Shown: one piece after another, positions 1 to 8,374 of the stretch | Position numbering within the stretch: position 1 is the stretch's first letter | How the letters are laid out: every line of letters starts with the position of its first letter | Source of the DNA: an uncultured Alphaproteobacteria bacterium | Lineage (GTDB): Bacteria; Pseudomonadota; Alphaproteobacteria; RF32; CAG-239 | DNA length: 64,000 nt | NCBI GenBank assembly: GCA_944392275.1 | Contig: CALXWA010000002.1 | Span: 60,664 to 124,663, forward strand | Direction of reading: 5' to 3' | Notes under the pieces: model-generated | What the model was told of the DNA's origin: nothing | The model's input: the letters and a program-made list of their open reading frames with translations, nothing else | Database searches by the model: none | Program-made: the position numbers and the translations under genes

Positions 1-529
1 CCGATCCATGGTTGAAATGCTCGGTGTGTTAGCCATTATCGGGGTGTTATCCGTTGGTGGTATTTCCGGTTATTCTAAAGCGATGGCGAAATATAAGCTG
101 ACAAAAGCTCAAGACCAAATTTCAATGTTGTTGATTAATATTCGTACTGCTTTTGCTTCCTCCCCAAGCTATAGTAATTTAAATAACTCAAATGCTGTTT
201 TATTAAACATTGTTCCGGGGGATATGTTGCCTGGAGGTTTGGGAACAGCTGTTACGGAAAGCGGCGGTGTGGTTAATGCCTTTTCCGGTGCGGTTGTTCT
301 TGGAACAACAAGTAACGGACAGCACTTTACGATTGAGTTTGGCGGGTTAGGTAAAGAAACTTGTGCCAGCTTGGCAGCTTCTGACTGGGGTACGGAAGGT
401 TTGGTTTCTATGTCGATTAACACAAGTAATAAATATGATCAATCCGACTTGCCTATTAATGCAATTACAGCGGCTCAAAAATGCACTCAGGATGATTCTC
501 AAAATAAAATTAAGTGGGAATATTATTAA
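1..529 (+). CDS. Type IV pilin-like protein, copy 1 (5' end outside window)
   Basis: Window starts inside the (G)RSMVEMLGVLAIIGVLSVGG prepilin motif shared with copies 2 and 3; C-terminal region with two Cys (KETCASLA, AQKCTQ) resembles PilS/BfpA-type pilins; TAA at 527-529. Confidence 0.8.
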   Translation, partial: RSMVEMLGVLAIIGVLSVGGISGYSKAMAKYKLTKAQDQISMLLINIRTAFASSPSYSNLNNSNAVLLNIVPGDMLPGGLGTAVTESGGVVNAFSGAVVLGTTSNGQHFTIEFGGLGKETCASLAASDWGTEGLVSMSINTSNKYDQSDLPINAITAAQKCTQDDSQNKIKWEYY

Positions 530-669
530 TCCATACCTTATAATGACATTGTTCTTCAAAGGTTGCCAGATTTTTGGCAACCTTTTTTTGTAAAAAATGT
601 CTTTTTTTATGATTTGTTAATTTATTTCTTTTATACTCTAGTAAAAATGTTGTTTTAGGAGCACAAAGA

Positions 670-1236
670 ATGAAAAAATTAATCCTCCAAGAGCAATCCG
701 GCCGATCCATGGTTGAGATGCTCGGTGTGTTAGCTATTATTGGGGTATTGTCGGTTGGTGGTATTTCCGGTTATTCTAAGGCAATGGCTAAATATAAACT
801 GACAAAAGCGCAAGATCAGATTTCTATGATGTTGATTAATATTCGTACCGCTTTTGCCTCTTCTCCGAGTTATGATCAATTGACCAATACAACGGCAATT
901 TTATTAAATATTATTCCGGGAGATATGTTGCCAGACGGTATTGGCGATACAAACGGAAGTGTTATTAATGCTTTTTCTGGTAGTGTTAAAATTGCTACCG
1001 GTACGGTTGACGGAGGAAGTAATGCTCAGCACTTTACGATTGAGTTTGGCGGGTTAGGTAAAGAAACTTGTGCCAGCTTGGCGGCTTCTGACTGGGGTAC
1101 GGAAGGTTTGGTTTCTATGAAAGTTAACTCAAATGCGAAAAAAGATCAATCCGACTTGCCGATTAATGCCATTGAGGCGGCAACTTTATGTGGCTTGGAT
1201 GATTCAGCCAATAAAATCATTTGGGAATACTACTAA
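670..1236 (+). CDS. Type IV pilin-like protein, copy 2
   Basis: Short leader MKKLILQEQSG|RSMVEML, Glu at +5, hydrophobic helix, two C-terminal Cys; AGGAG RBS upstream. Confidence 0.85.
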   Translation: MKKLILQEQSGRSMVEMLGVLAIIGVLSVGGISGYSKAMAKYKLTKAQDQISMMLINIRTAFASSPSYDQLTNTTAILLNIIPGDMLPDGIGDTNGSVINAFSGSVKIATGTVDGGSNAQHFTIEFGGLGKETCASLAASDWGTEGLVSMKVNSNAKKDQSDLPINAIEAATLCGLDDSANKIIWEYY

Positions 1237-1265
1237 TTTCTATCTTGGAAAGTTTCTCATAAATT

Positions 1266-1294
1266 AAAAAAGGCGGTAAAAATACCGCCTTTTT
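1266..1294 (+). terminator. Intrinsic terminator after pilin copy 2
   Basis: AAAAAAGGCGGT-AAAAAT-ACCGCCTTTTT hairpin with T tract. Confidence 0.85.
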
Positions 1295-1461
1295 AGGTTC
1301 TAGATGTTAATAAATTTTAATATTTAATTGATTTTTTTTTGCTATCTTTTCATAACTAAAGTTATATTTGTGGGTTCTTGAGTATGACTATTGTCAGAAT
1401 TGATTAAATCTTGGATTTTTATTATGATTTAATTATAGAGAACGACATAAGGAGAAAAACA

Positions 1462-2028
1462 ATGAGAAACTTTATGAAAAATGAGCAATCCGGCCGATCC
1501 ATGGTTGAGATGCTCGGTGTGTTAGCCATTATCGGGGTATTGTCGGTTGGTGGTATTTCCGGTTATTCTAAGGCAATGGCTAAATATAAACTGACAAAAG
1601 CGCAAGATCAGATTTCTATGATGTTGATTAATATTCGTACCGCTTTTGCCTCTTCTCCGAGTTATGATCAATTGACCAATACAACGGCAATTTTATTAAA
1701 TATTATTCCGGGAGATATGTTGCCAGACGGTATTGGCGATACAAACGGAAGTGTTATTAATGCTTTTTCTGGTAGTGTTAAAATTGCTACCGGTACGGTT
1801 GACGGAGGAAGTAATGCTCAGCACTTTACGATTGAGTTTGGCGGGTTAGGTAAAGAAACTTGTGCCAGCTTGGCGGCTTCTGACTGGGGTACGGAAGGTT
1901 TGGTTTCTATGAAAGTTAACTCAAATGCGAAAAAAGATCAATCCGACTTGCCGATTAATGCCATTGAGGCGGCAAATTTATGCAACTTAGATGATTCGGC
2001 TAATAAAATCATTTGGGAATACTACTAA
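1462..2028 (+). CDS. Type IV pilin-like protein, copy 3
   Basis: AAGGAG RBS before ATG 1462 (MRNFMKNEQSG|RSMVEML); mature part almost identical to copy 2. Confidence 0.85.
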   Translation: MRNFMKNEQSGRSMVEMLGVLAIIGVLSVGGISGYSKAMAKYKLTKAQDQISMMLINIRTAFASSPSYDQLTNTTAILLNIIPGDMLPDGIGDTNGSVINAFSGSVKIATGTVDGGSNAQHFTIEFGGLGKETCASLAASDWGTEGLVSMKVNSNAKKDQSDLPINAIEAANLCNLDDSANKIIWEYY

Positions 2029-2057
2029 TTTCTATCTTGGAAAGTTTCTCATAAATT

Positions 2058-2088
2058 AAAAAAAGGCGGTAAAAATACCGCCTTTTTT
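2058..2088. terminator. Bidirectional intrinsic terminator between pilin copy 3 and the convergent SH3 gene
   Basis: A tract-GGCGGT-loop-ACCGCC-T tract. Confidence 0.85.
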
Positions 2089-2599
2089 AGTCAATGATTT
2101 CATCTTTATAAACACCAAAAAGATTTTGCCGAGGCATCCATCCCTCGTAACCATTAAATTTTATTTGGCAAAAATCATTATTTGCCGGACATCTGTTAAT
2201 TTCTCCGATAACTTCGTCTTCAACTTTAGCAATTACCTTTGACTTGTAATCATCCTTTGCATAAAGATTATTTTCTCCGGGCGTAATCACTTTTACATAC
2301 CTTTTACCGGAAAGCATAGCTTTATGAATCCAACTTTCGGACCCTTGCCAATCTTTAATCTTCCGCCAAAGTTCAAATTCTGCTACGACCTCAACCGGAG
2401 CCGACTTTTGCATATAAACCCACTCTATCGGATATCTGGCTCCGGGACCGGAACGGGCATTAATATGATTGGAACGCAAAGAGACAAACCGAGGTAAGTT
2501 TCCTGATGCCGTATCTTCTTGCGGGGTTTCTTGTGCTTGTACTCCGTTTGCCAATAATATCAAAGCAGCGATATATCCGAACAGCTTTACCATTTTCAC
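2087..2599 (-). CDS. Secreted bacterial SH3 domain protein (two SH3_4-type domains)
   Basis: Signal peptide; LPRFVSLRSNHINARSGPG..YPIEW and WRKIKDWQGSESWIH match the conserved alphaproteobacterial SH3 family. Confidence 0.8.
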   Translation of the reverse strand: MKMVKLFGYIAALILLANGVQAQETPQEDTASGNLPRFVSLRSNHINARSGPGARYPIEWVYMQKSAPVEVVAEFELWRKIKDWQGSESWIHKAMLSGKRYVKVITPGENNLYAKDDYKSKVIAKVEDEVIGEINRCPANNDFCQIKFNGYEGWMPRQNLFGVYKDEIID

Positions 2600-2687
2600 A
2601 CCTTTTTAAACATTTTGATTCATTATTTTTATTATGACGATATTAAATGAATAAAACGTAAAAATTTATGTTGAATGGGGAAAAATT

Positions 2688-3797
2688 ATGGATGTTATTC
2701 AATTAGCTCAAGAATTAATGAAATTTCGGACCGAAACGGGAAATCAGGCAGAAATCCAAAAATGTATGGAATATATAAAATCTTTGTTCCAAACAACAAA
2801 GGTTAAAATAGATATTTTTCAAAAAGATAATTTGGCTCCGGTTCTTTTTATAAGAAACTGTAATGAGGCTGTTTTTGATGTATTGGTTCTTGGGCATTTG
2901 GATGTTGTTCCGGCTAAAGATGAAATGTTTCACCCCTTTATTCAAGATGGAAAATTGTATGGTCGCGGCTCTTTAGATATGAAATCTTTTGCAGCCGTTG
3001 CCTTAAACTCAATGGAATATGTTTTACAACATTCTTTGCCCATCAAATTCGGAATTATTCTTTCTTCTGATGAAGAAAAAGGCAGTAAAGGAACAGAGGC
3101 TTTTTTGAACGCTAACCCGAATATTTTTGCCAATATTGTTTTGGATAATGATGTGGGAGGAGATATTACCAAAATTGTTACCAAATGCAAAAATCCGGTT
3201 TTTGTAAAAATTATGGCTCATGGCAAAGAAGCCCACGGATCTACCCCTTGGGATGGAATAGATGCCAATGAATTACTTATGAAAACACTGCAAAATATCC
3301 GCAAAGACTATCCCTATTATTCCTTAAACGGAAATATACCCGAGGACAAATGGATTGACACTGTCCATTTTGCAAAAATCTGCGGCGGCGATGTTTCTAA
3401 CATTATTGCAAATTATGCCGAGGCTTTGTGCGATTTTCGGCTTGTTGAAACTTCTTCAACCGCCGATTTAAGAAAAAATCTGGACCGTTGCATGGAAGAC
3501 GGCGTATCTTACCAAATTGTTTCGGAATCGACACCAGTCGTTATGGATGAACAAAATCCGCATATTTTGGCTTATAAAAAATTTGCCGAAGATATTTTGG
3601 GACAATCTTTAGATTTTGAACATATCGGCGGAGCAACCGATTCTCGCGAATTTGCCGTTAAAGGATCTACCGTTATTATGCATTCCGGAAGCGGTGAAGG
3701 AATGCATGCAAACGGCGAATATGTTGAAGTCGATAGTGTTAAAAAAATTGCCGAAATCCAAATCCGTTTTCTGGAAAAAATGGCTCTTGCAAAATAA
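2688..3797 (+). CDS. M20/ArgE/DapE family metallopeptidase
   Basis: GHLDVVP, LYGRGSLDMK, SDEE, AHGS and C-terminal His motifs. Confidence 0.9.
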   Translation: MDVIQLAQELMKFRTETGNQAEIQKCMEYIKSLFQTTKVKIDIFQKDNLAPVLFIRNCNEAVFDVLVLGHLDVVPAKDEMFHPFIQDGKLYGRGSLDMKSFAAVALNSMEYVLQHSLPIKFGIILSSDEEKGSKGTEAFLNANPNIFANIVLDNDVGGDITKIVTKCKNPVFVKIMAHGKEAHGSTPWDGIDANELLMKTLQNIRKDYPYYSLNGNIPEDKWIDTVHFAKICGGDVSNIIANYAEALCDFRLVETSSTADLRKNLDRCMEDGVSYQIVSESTPVVMDEQNPHILAYKKFAEDILGQSLDFEHIGGATDSREFAVKGSTVIMHSGSGEGMHANGEYVEVDSVKKIAEIQIRFLEKMALAK

Positions 3798-3825
3798 TCG
3801 CTTTCAAGCTATAAAAAAGGCCAAC

Positions 3826-3902
3826 GCCGGCGTAGCTCATCAGGATAGAGCAACAGTTTCCTAAACTGTGGGTAGTGGGTTCGAGTCCCGCCGCTGGCGC
3901 CA
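3826..3902 (+). tRNA. tRNA-Arg(CCT)
   Basis: Cloverleaf; anticodon arm ACAGT-TTCCTAA-ACTGT; GGTTCGAGTCC T-arm; CCA end. Confidence 0.95.
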
Positions 3903-3910
3903 TTTTTTTC

Positions 3911-3938
3911 TTGACTCCATACCCACATGGGGTATACT
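3911..3938 (+). promoter_or_regulatory. Sigma70 promoter overlapped by a CsoR/RcnR-type operator
   Basis: TTGACT (3911-3916), 16-nt spacer, TATACT (3933-3938); inverted repeat ATACCC-acatg-GGGTAT (3919-3935) with a G tract, the layout of known CsoR operators. Confidence 0.8.
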
Positions 3939-3965
3939 GATAGTGAAATTATAAAGGAGGAAAAA

Positions 3966-4106
3966 ATGGCTTGTAATAATCCAAAATGTAAAAATCCTAA
4001 TTGCACTTGTGGAGATAACTGCAAATGTGATGAAAATCATCAATGTTCTGAAAATTGCAATTGCGATGGTGATAACAAAAAATGTTCTTGTGAAAAGAGC
4101 AAATAA
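3966..4106 (+). CDS. Metallothionein-like Cys-rich small protein (46 aa, not in the ORF track)
   Basis: AAAGGAGG RBS; translates as MACNNPKCKNPNCTCGDNCKCDENHQCSENCNCDGDNKKCSCEKSK (11 Cys, four CxC, one His, no aromatic residues); lies directly upstream of csoR. Confidence 0.85.
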   Translation: MACNNPKCKNPNCTCGDNCKCDENHQCSENCNCDGDNKKCSCEKSK

Positions 4107-4154
4107 TTTTAAGGAGGGGATTTTCCCCTCTTTGTCTTTGATTAAGGTTTGTAG

Positions 4155-4451
4155 ATGGATAAAAAAAATTGTTGCGTATCATCCGAACATCCGTCTCATG
4201 AGGCGGAGCTTGTACGGGTTAATCGTATTCTCGGCCAAGTGGCGGGGATAAAAAAAATGGTTGAAGAGCATCGTTATTGTATGGATATTATTTCCCAAAT
4301 TCGAGCGGCTCGTTCTGCCCTAAAATCTGTTGAAAGAAATATTCTTAAAACTCATTTGCAAAATTGTGTTGTTCAATCCTTTTGTTCTGAGACGGAACGC
4401 GAAAATAAGATTAAGGAACTGACACAATTATTTGAGCATTTTGATGATTAA
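4155..4451 (+). CDS. csoR: CsoR/RcnR family metal-sensing repressor
   Basis: RVNRILGQVAGI, RYCMDI and KTHLQNC give the Cys/His-x3-Cys ligand set; N-terminal CC..HPSH. Confidence 0.85.
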   Translation: MDKKNCCVSSEHPSHEAELVRVNRILGQVAGIKKMVEEHRYCMDIISQIRAARSALKSVERNILKTHLQNCVVQSFCSETERENKIKELTQLFEHFDD

Positions 4452-4519
4452 ATTTTGCTAAATAAGTTAAAATATTTGTTGCAAAATTTAAATTGTTGCG
4501 GTAGGTTGTGTCTGTCTTT

Positions 4520-4610
4520 GGATAGATGGCCGAGTGGTCGAAGGCGCACGATTGGAAATCGTGTATACCTCCAAAGGGTATCCAGGGTTCGAATCCCTGT
4601 CTATCCGCCA
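4520..4610 (+). tRNA. tRNA-Ser(GGA)
   Basis: Anticodon arm CACGA-TTGGAAA-TCGTG, long variable arm, GGTTCGAATCC, CCA end. Confidence 0.95.
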
Positions 4611-4615
4611 TTTAC

Positions 4616-4650
4616 AAAACCCCTGTTGTGGCAGGGGTTTTTGTTTTTTT
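4616..4650. terminator. Intrinsic terminator after tRNA-Ser
   Basis: AAAACCCCTG-ttgtgg-CAGGGGTTTT followed by a T run. Confidence 0.8.
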
Positions 4651-4993
4651 AATCCCATTTTTTGAAAACAAAAAAGACGGCCAACAACATTAACATAAAG
4701 CCGACAATATAATTCCACTTCAAGTCCTCTTTTAAATAAAGGACGGAAAAAACGCAAAAAACAATAATTGTTATGGCCTCTTGCATAATCTTTAGTTGGG
4801 CAGCCGAAAAATAGTCATGTCCAATTCGGTTTGCTGGAACCTGAAAACAATATTCAAAAAAAGCTATTCCCCAGCTGGCGACAATTACAATCCATAATGG
4901 CGTTGCCTTAAATTTTAAATGTCCGTACCAGGCAAAGGTCATAAAAACATTTGATATTAAAAGAAGAATTAACGGATAAAATTGTCTCATCAT
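4649..4993 (-). CDS. Small DMT family membrane protein
   Basis: SNVFMTFAWYGHLK, SWGIAFFEYCFQVPANRIG, QLKIMQEAIT motifs; four TM helices. Confidence 0.85.
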   Translation of the reverse strand: MMRQFYPLILLLISNVFMTFAWYGHLKFKATPLWIVIVASWGIAFFEYCFQVPANRIGHDYFSAAQLKIMQEAITIIVFCVFSVLYLKEDLKWNYIVGFMLMLLAVFFVFKKWD

Positions 4994-5241
4994 TTTTTCC
5001 TTTGATTGGTTCTCTTATTTTTTTATTTGGTTCCTGATGTTAGTCTTAAATCTTTTTTTCGCAATAAATATTTTGAACATTTACGCTAAAAACGTCGTTT
5101 ATAGATATGTACGGCTTTAATTTATTGTTAAATCTTTTAAAATAAAAATTAAATCAGAACAATTTGATTTTTTATTTTGTAAAAATCTTGACAAGCAGGA
5201 GCTGTTGCAAAAAAAAACAATAAAACGATAGAGATGCAACA

Positions 5242-6432
5242 ATGGAAAAATTTAACGCTTTTATTCTTACTCATAAAAAATATTTGATCTATTTTCTTTT
5301 GGCCTTTGCCGGATGCTGCCTGTTTTTTATTTTTCATAGCAACGAAAATGATATTACTTACATTACGGAACCGGTACAAAAAAGAAATGTGCAAAAAGTT
5401 GTTAATGCAACGGGCGAAGTTCGGGCGATTGAGCTGGTAACGGTTGGTGCTCAGGTATCCGGGAAAATTGAAAAACTTTATGTTTCTATCGGGCAAGATG
5501 TCAAAAAAGGTGATTTGATTGCTGAGATTGATTCTACAACGCAGCAAAATGACGTTGATATCAATAAAGCCAAACTGGAAAGTTATCAGGCTCAGCTCAA
5601 TGCGGCTAAAATCTCTTTGAAAGTTGCTGAAAAACAATATAAACGAATCCAAACCTTAAAAAAACGCAATGCCGCTTCCGATGAGGATTTGGAAAATGCC
5701 GAAGATACTTATGAAACCGCTAAATCTAAGGTGACAGAATTGGAATCTTCCCTTAAAGAAACCCAAATTTCTTTAAGTACGGCTGAGACAAACCTTGGCT
5801 ACACTAAAATTACCGCTCCTTTAGACGGAACGGTTGTTTCGGTTCCGGTTAAGGTCGGGCAAACCATTAATGCGGCTATGGATACGCCGACAATTATTCA
5901 ATTGGCGGATTTAAGCCAAATGGAAATTTTGATTGAAATCTCTGAAGGGGATATCGGGAATATTAAGCCCGGCGTTAAAGTTACTTATTCGATTTTGGCT
6001 GATTTAAATAAAACTTATGAGACAACGCTCCAATCTATTGACCCGGGGCTCACTTTATTGACCAACAACGAATACACCGAAGTGGTTGAATCCAGTGAGG
6101 CAATCTATTATTACGGACGCTTGATTGTGCCAAATGAGGAAAGAAAACTCCGTATCGGAATGACAACACAAAACGTGATTTATGTTGAAAGTGCCGAAAA
6201 CGTTTTGACCGTTCCGGTTACGGCCGTTAAAGGAAATACTGACAATAAATATGTTGAAATCTTGACTAAAGACGGAATCTCACAACGCAAAATCACAACC
6301 GGGGTTTCGGATGGCTTAAATGTTGAAGTAAAAAGCGGTGTTAACGAAGGCGATGATGTGATTATTGCCCATATGTCTTCGGCCGAAATTTCCGATAAAG
6401 CTTCTAATGCCCGCGGAGCAAGGAGATTTTAA
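5242..6432 (+). CDS. macA: MacA-type efflux periplasmic adaptor
   Basis: N-terminal TM anchor, VGAQVSGKI and ITAPLDGTVV lipoyl halves, coiled coil; upstream of macB. Confidence 0.85.
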   Translation: MEKFNAFILTHKKYLIYFLLAFAGCCLFFIFHSNENDITYITEPVQKRNVQKVVNATGEVRAIELVTVGAQVSGKIEKLYVSIGQDVKKGDLIAEIDSTTQQNDVDINKAKLESYQAQLNAAKISLKVAEKQYKRIQTLKKRNAASDEDLENAEDTYETAKSKVTELESSLKETQISLSTAETNLGYTKITAPLDGTVVSVPVKVGQTINAAMDTPTIIQLADLSQMEILIEISEGDIGNIKPGVKVTYSILADLNKTYETTLQSIDPGLTLLTNNEYTEVVESSEAIYYYGRLIVPNEERKLRIGMTTQNVIYVESAENVLTVPVTAVKGNTDNKYVEILTKDGISQRKITTGVSDGLNVEVKSGVNEGDDVIIAHMSSAEISDKASNARGARRF

Positions 6433-6433
6433 C

Positions 6434-8374
6434 ATGAATATTATTGAACTAAAAAATATTCATAAATTCTTTGGGCAGGAAAAAAATCGGGTTCATGTTT
6501 TAAAAGGCATTAACTTAAGTATTGAGAAAGGTGATTTTGTTGCCATTATCGGACAGTCCGGTTCCGGAAAATCGACTTTAATGAATATTATCGGTTGTTT
6601 GGATGTTCCGACCTCCGGTTCTTATAAAATTAACGGAACCGAAGTTGGAAAAATGGAAAAAGATCAGTTGGCCGAACTCCGCTGCAAAACCTTTGGTTTT
6701 ATTTTTCAACGTTATAACCTGCTCAGTAGTCTAAAAGCCACTGAAAATGCAGCTTTGCCGGCGGTTTATCTTGGCCTTGGACCGGAAGAACGGAATCAAC
6801 GCTCGATTGAACTGTTAAAACAACTTGATTTAGGCGGAAAATTAAATAATTACCCCAATGAGCTTTCCGGCGGACAACAGCAACGTGTCAGTATTGCCAG
6901 AGCCTTAATGAACGGCGGAGAAATTATTTTGGCCGATGAACCGACCGGAGCCCTTGATTCCAAAAGTGGGGAAATGGTTATGGAAATTATTAAAAATTTG
7001 CATACCCAAGGACACACCATTATTTTAGTTACGCACGACAGCAAGATTGCCGCTCAAGCCAGTCGTATTATTGAAATTAAAGATGGGGAAATCGTTGCCG
7101 ATGAACGAAAGGCTTCGGACTTTTATGAACTGAAAAATAAGATTAAAGATGTTCAAAGAAGCAAGGTAGATGCCTTTAAGTATAGTTTTGCCGAATCTTT
7201 TCGGATGTCTATTCATGCTATTTTGGCTAATAAAATGCGTTCCCTCCTTACCATGCTCGGTATTATTATCGGTATTGCGTCCGTTGTTTCGGTCGTTGCT
7301 TTGGGAAATGCTTCGCAGGCAAAAATTATGGCCCAGATTAATGCCATGGGGACCAATACGATTGATATTATGCCCGGCACCGGATTTGGAGACATGCGGT
7401 CGGGAAAAGTTAAAACTCTGAAGGTTGGAGATTCGGATTATTTAAGCAAGCAAAGCTTTATTGATAACTCTACCCCAAGTGTTTCGGCAAGCGGAACCTT
7501 GGTTTACGGAAACTATTCTTTAACCGCCTCTTTGAAAGGGGTCGGCTCCTCCTTTTTTGAAGTTAAGGGAAGAAAAATTGCTCAAGGACGAATCTTTACT
7601 CAAGACGAAGTTAACAACATCGCCTCAGTTGTGGTGATTGACGATAACACTCTTAACGAAATGTTTTCAAATAACCCTAACCCCATCGGTGAAATTATTA
7701 TCTTTAACAAAAAGCCGTTAAAAATCATCGGCGTTACCGAAAAAGACAGTAATCCGGGACCAGGCTCTGATTCAATGAACATTTGGACACCTTATACGAC
7801 AGCGATGTATAAAATTAACGGAAGCACCGATATTAATTCCATTACCGTTAAAATCTCCGATACGGTCAATTCTCAGGTTGCTGAAGAGAGTATTGAGAAT
7901 ATTTTAACCTCTCTCCACGGAAAAAAAGATTTTTTTATGATTAACAGCGACAGTATTAAGCAAACGGTTGAAAGTGCTACGAATACCATGAAACTTCTCA
8001 TTGCGAGTATTGCCGTTATTTCTTTGATTGTCGGAGGTATCGGGGTTATGAACATTATGTTGGTTTCTGTTACCGAACGGACAAAAGAAATTGGTATCCG
8101 AATGGCTATCGGGGCAAAGCAAGCCGATATTTTGCAACAGTTTTTGATTGAAGCTATTTTGATTTGTTTGGTCGGCGGCTTTATGGGGGTTGCTTTGTCC
8201 ATGATTATCGGCTTTTGCTTTAATACTTTTTCGGAAGATTTCGGAATGATTTTCTCCACCGCTTCCATTGTTTTGGCTTTGGTCTGCTCTACGGCTATTG
8301 GTATCGTTTTTGGGTACATGCCGGCCAAGAATGCCTCCAACCTCAATCCTATTGATGCTTTAGCGAGTGAATAA
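6434..8374 (+). CDS. macB: MacB-type ABC ATPase/permease
   Basis: GQSGSGKST, LSGGQQQRV, ILADEPTGALD, then FtsX-like permease (RSLLTMLGIIIG, ERTKEIGIRMAIGA); start set at ATG 6434 after AGGAG. Confidence 0.92.
   Translation: MNIIELKNIHKFFGQEKNRVHVLKGINLSIEKGDFVAIIGQSGSGKSTLMNIIGCLDVPTSGSYKINGTEVGKMEKDQLAELRCKTFGFIFQRYNLLSSLKATENAALPAVYLGLGPEERNQRSIELLKQLDLGGKLNNYPNELSGGQQQRVSIARALMNGGEIILADEPTGALDSKSGEMVMEIIKNLHTQGHTIILVTHDSKIAAQASRIIEIKDGEIVADERKASDFYELKNKIKDVQRSKVDAFKYSFAESFRMSIHAILANKMRSLLTMLGIIIGIASVVSVVALGNASQAKIMAQINAMGTNTIDIMPGTGFGDMRSGKVKTLKVGDSDYLSKQSFIDNSTPSVSASGTLVYGNYSLTASLKGVGSSFFEVKGRKIAQGRIFTQDEVNNIASVVVIDDNTLNEMFSNNPNPIGEIIIFNKKPLKIIGVTEKDSNPGPGSDSMNIWTPYTTAMYKINGSTDINSITVKISDTVNSQVAEESIENILTSLHGKKDFFMINSDSIKQTVESATNTMKLLIASIAVISLIVGGIGVMNIMLVSVTERTKEIGIRMAIGAKQADILQQFLIEAILICLVGGFMGVALSMIIGFCFNTFSEDFGMIFSTASIVLALVCSTAIGIVFGYMPAKNASNLNPIDALASE

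Larger units (their letters stand above)
691..2090 (+). repeat. About 600-bp near-identical direct repeat (691-1296 and 1483-2090) covering the mature pilin gene and terminator
   Basis: Both copies run from GAGCAATCCGGCCGATCC to the AAAAAAGGCGGT...ACCGCCTTTTT hairpin; the few differences cluster near the 5' end and just before the stop codon. Confidence 0.95.

Noticed and set aside
1-2090. Shufflon, DGR or CRISPR explanation for the pilin repeats
   Set aside because: No invertase, inverted cassettes, reverse transcriptase or short regularly spaced repeats in the window.
3826-3902. Group I intron in tRNA-Arg(CCT), as known in some Alphaproteobacteria
   Set aside because: The gene is a contiguous 77-nt cloverleaf with no insertion.
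4009-4251. 80-aa plus-strand ORF and overlapping minus-strand ORFs in the track
   Set aside because: They overlap the better supported Cys-rich ORF (strong RBS, promoter, operator), csoR or the tRNA, and lack an RBS or motifs.
4411-4757. ORFs spanning tRNA-Ser
   Set aside because: Shadow translations of a tRNA gene.
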